From Tubulanus polymorphus (lineage: Eukaryota; Animalia; Nemertea), in assembly GCF_964204645.1 (NCBI RefSeq), contig NC_134033.1:8378655-8442654 (forward strand): DNA of 64,000 bases. Reading direction: 5' to 3'. This document shows positions 63,096 to 64,000 of the stretch, one piece after another (position 1 is the first letter of the stretch; every line of letters begins with the position of its first letter). The notes under the pieces were generated by a model. It ran no database searches, was not told where the DNA came from, and saw nothing but the letters and a program-made list of their open reading frames with translations. The translations under genes were made by a program, and so were the position numbers.

Positions 63096-64000
63096 AGTAA
63101 TAGGAAAAGTGGGCTTTCAGATATGGAGGTCGGAGGTCGAGCTCACTCAACCTCTCTCCCTCTAGAATGAAAGCCTCAATTCCTTATTACTCTTAATAAT
63201 TTCATATAAATGAACATTATTTACATGAATTTCATTTATTTTAAAATCATTTATATGTTAATTACAAAAGTAGTGTGAATAAAGTGTGAGAAATAATTCA
63301 TATTTTAACAGATTTCGAATAAAAATATAAGTAAAATAATTAGATTTTTAAACATAAAAGTGTGAGTAAAGTGTGAGTGAAATAACTCATATTTTAGAAA
63401 AGTGACAAGTTATTAACGAGTTGATTAAAATTAGATTTTTAAACATAAAAGTGTGAGTAAAGTGTGAGTGAAATAACTCATTTCATACCAGAGTACGAGA
63501 GTACGAGACACCTCTCATCACAGCGAGGCGCTAGTGAGAACGGTCGATTGCTCTGTGATACACATATACAGTGAGTGCGCGTAACAACAGCTGCGCGTGG
63601 ATAGATCGATACATCGAGGTGCTACCGAGAACGGTTATTAACGCATGTACTATTACTGTAGTACAGTGATTGCGTGTCAGCTGTGCTCGGATAAATAGAT
63701 GCTGTGAGGCTTGGATGACAACGGTTAATAGCGCGCTTGTTATATATAAGGGGAAGTAATCCCCACTCATCACCACAAGTAATTTTTTTCCTTATAAATG
63801 GGGGAGAATAAGACAGGATAAATTGATGTTAATGAAAATCAATATTATTGTACATATTGTAAAAAATACATTGATAAATCTCAAAAATCGCGTCATGAAA
63901 AATCTACAAATCATCTGAAAAATGTAATAGATTTTGAAACTCCAGAAAATTCCAATGAAAGAAAAGAACGATTAGATGATATGAAAAAAGATGAAATTAG
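63096..64000 (+). mobile_element. Element E: left end of another Polinton of the same family
   Basis: Starts AGTAATAGGAAAAGTGGGCTTTCA. A terminal region of about 700 bp is followed by the pPolB start at 63798 (TAAATG; early stop at 63819; CTYC zinc finger). Confidence 0.85.

Overview
AT-rich animal (invertebrate-type) genomic DNA. 1-6.7 kb holds the last four spliced exons of an alpha2-like type IV collagen gene, including the NC1 domain. From about 9.7 kb to the end is a nested cluster of one Polinton/Maverick (adintovirus-like) family. Element B (43614-60249, TSD CATTTT/CATTTC) sits in reverse orientation inside the pPolB gene of element A (19342-61545, TSD TACTTG). A in turn sits inside an older, decayed relative C. 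A TIR-bounded mini-element D (about 9696-12320) and the start of a fifth copy E (63096 onward) flank them. A also carries a BEL/Pao LTR retrotransposon with two further nested insertions. Three features of the family point to a large cytoplasmic DNA virus. (1) The protein-primed PolB carries a full intein with a LAGLIDADG endonuclease, inserted in the catalytic YFD|TDS motif and resembling the mimivirus PolB intein. (2) It encodes a multi-C2H2 zinc-finger protein fused to a poxvirus VLTF3 (A2L)-like late transcription factor. (3) 14 of the 15 genes of B start at TAAATG, usually after a T-tract, which is the poxvirus late promoter layout. My working hypothesis is an endogenous virophage-like hyperparasite of a pox-like virus. 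Homology calls to mimivirus and vaccinia proteins come from recalled motifs and need database confirmation. Many frameshifts lie in homopolymers and could be sequencing errors.
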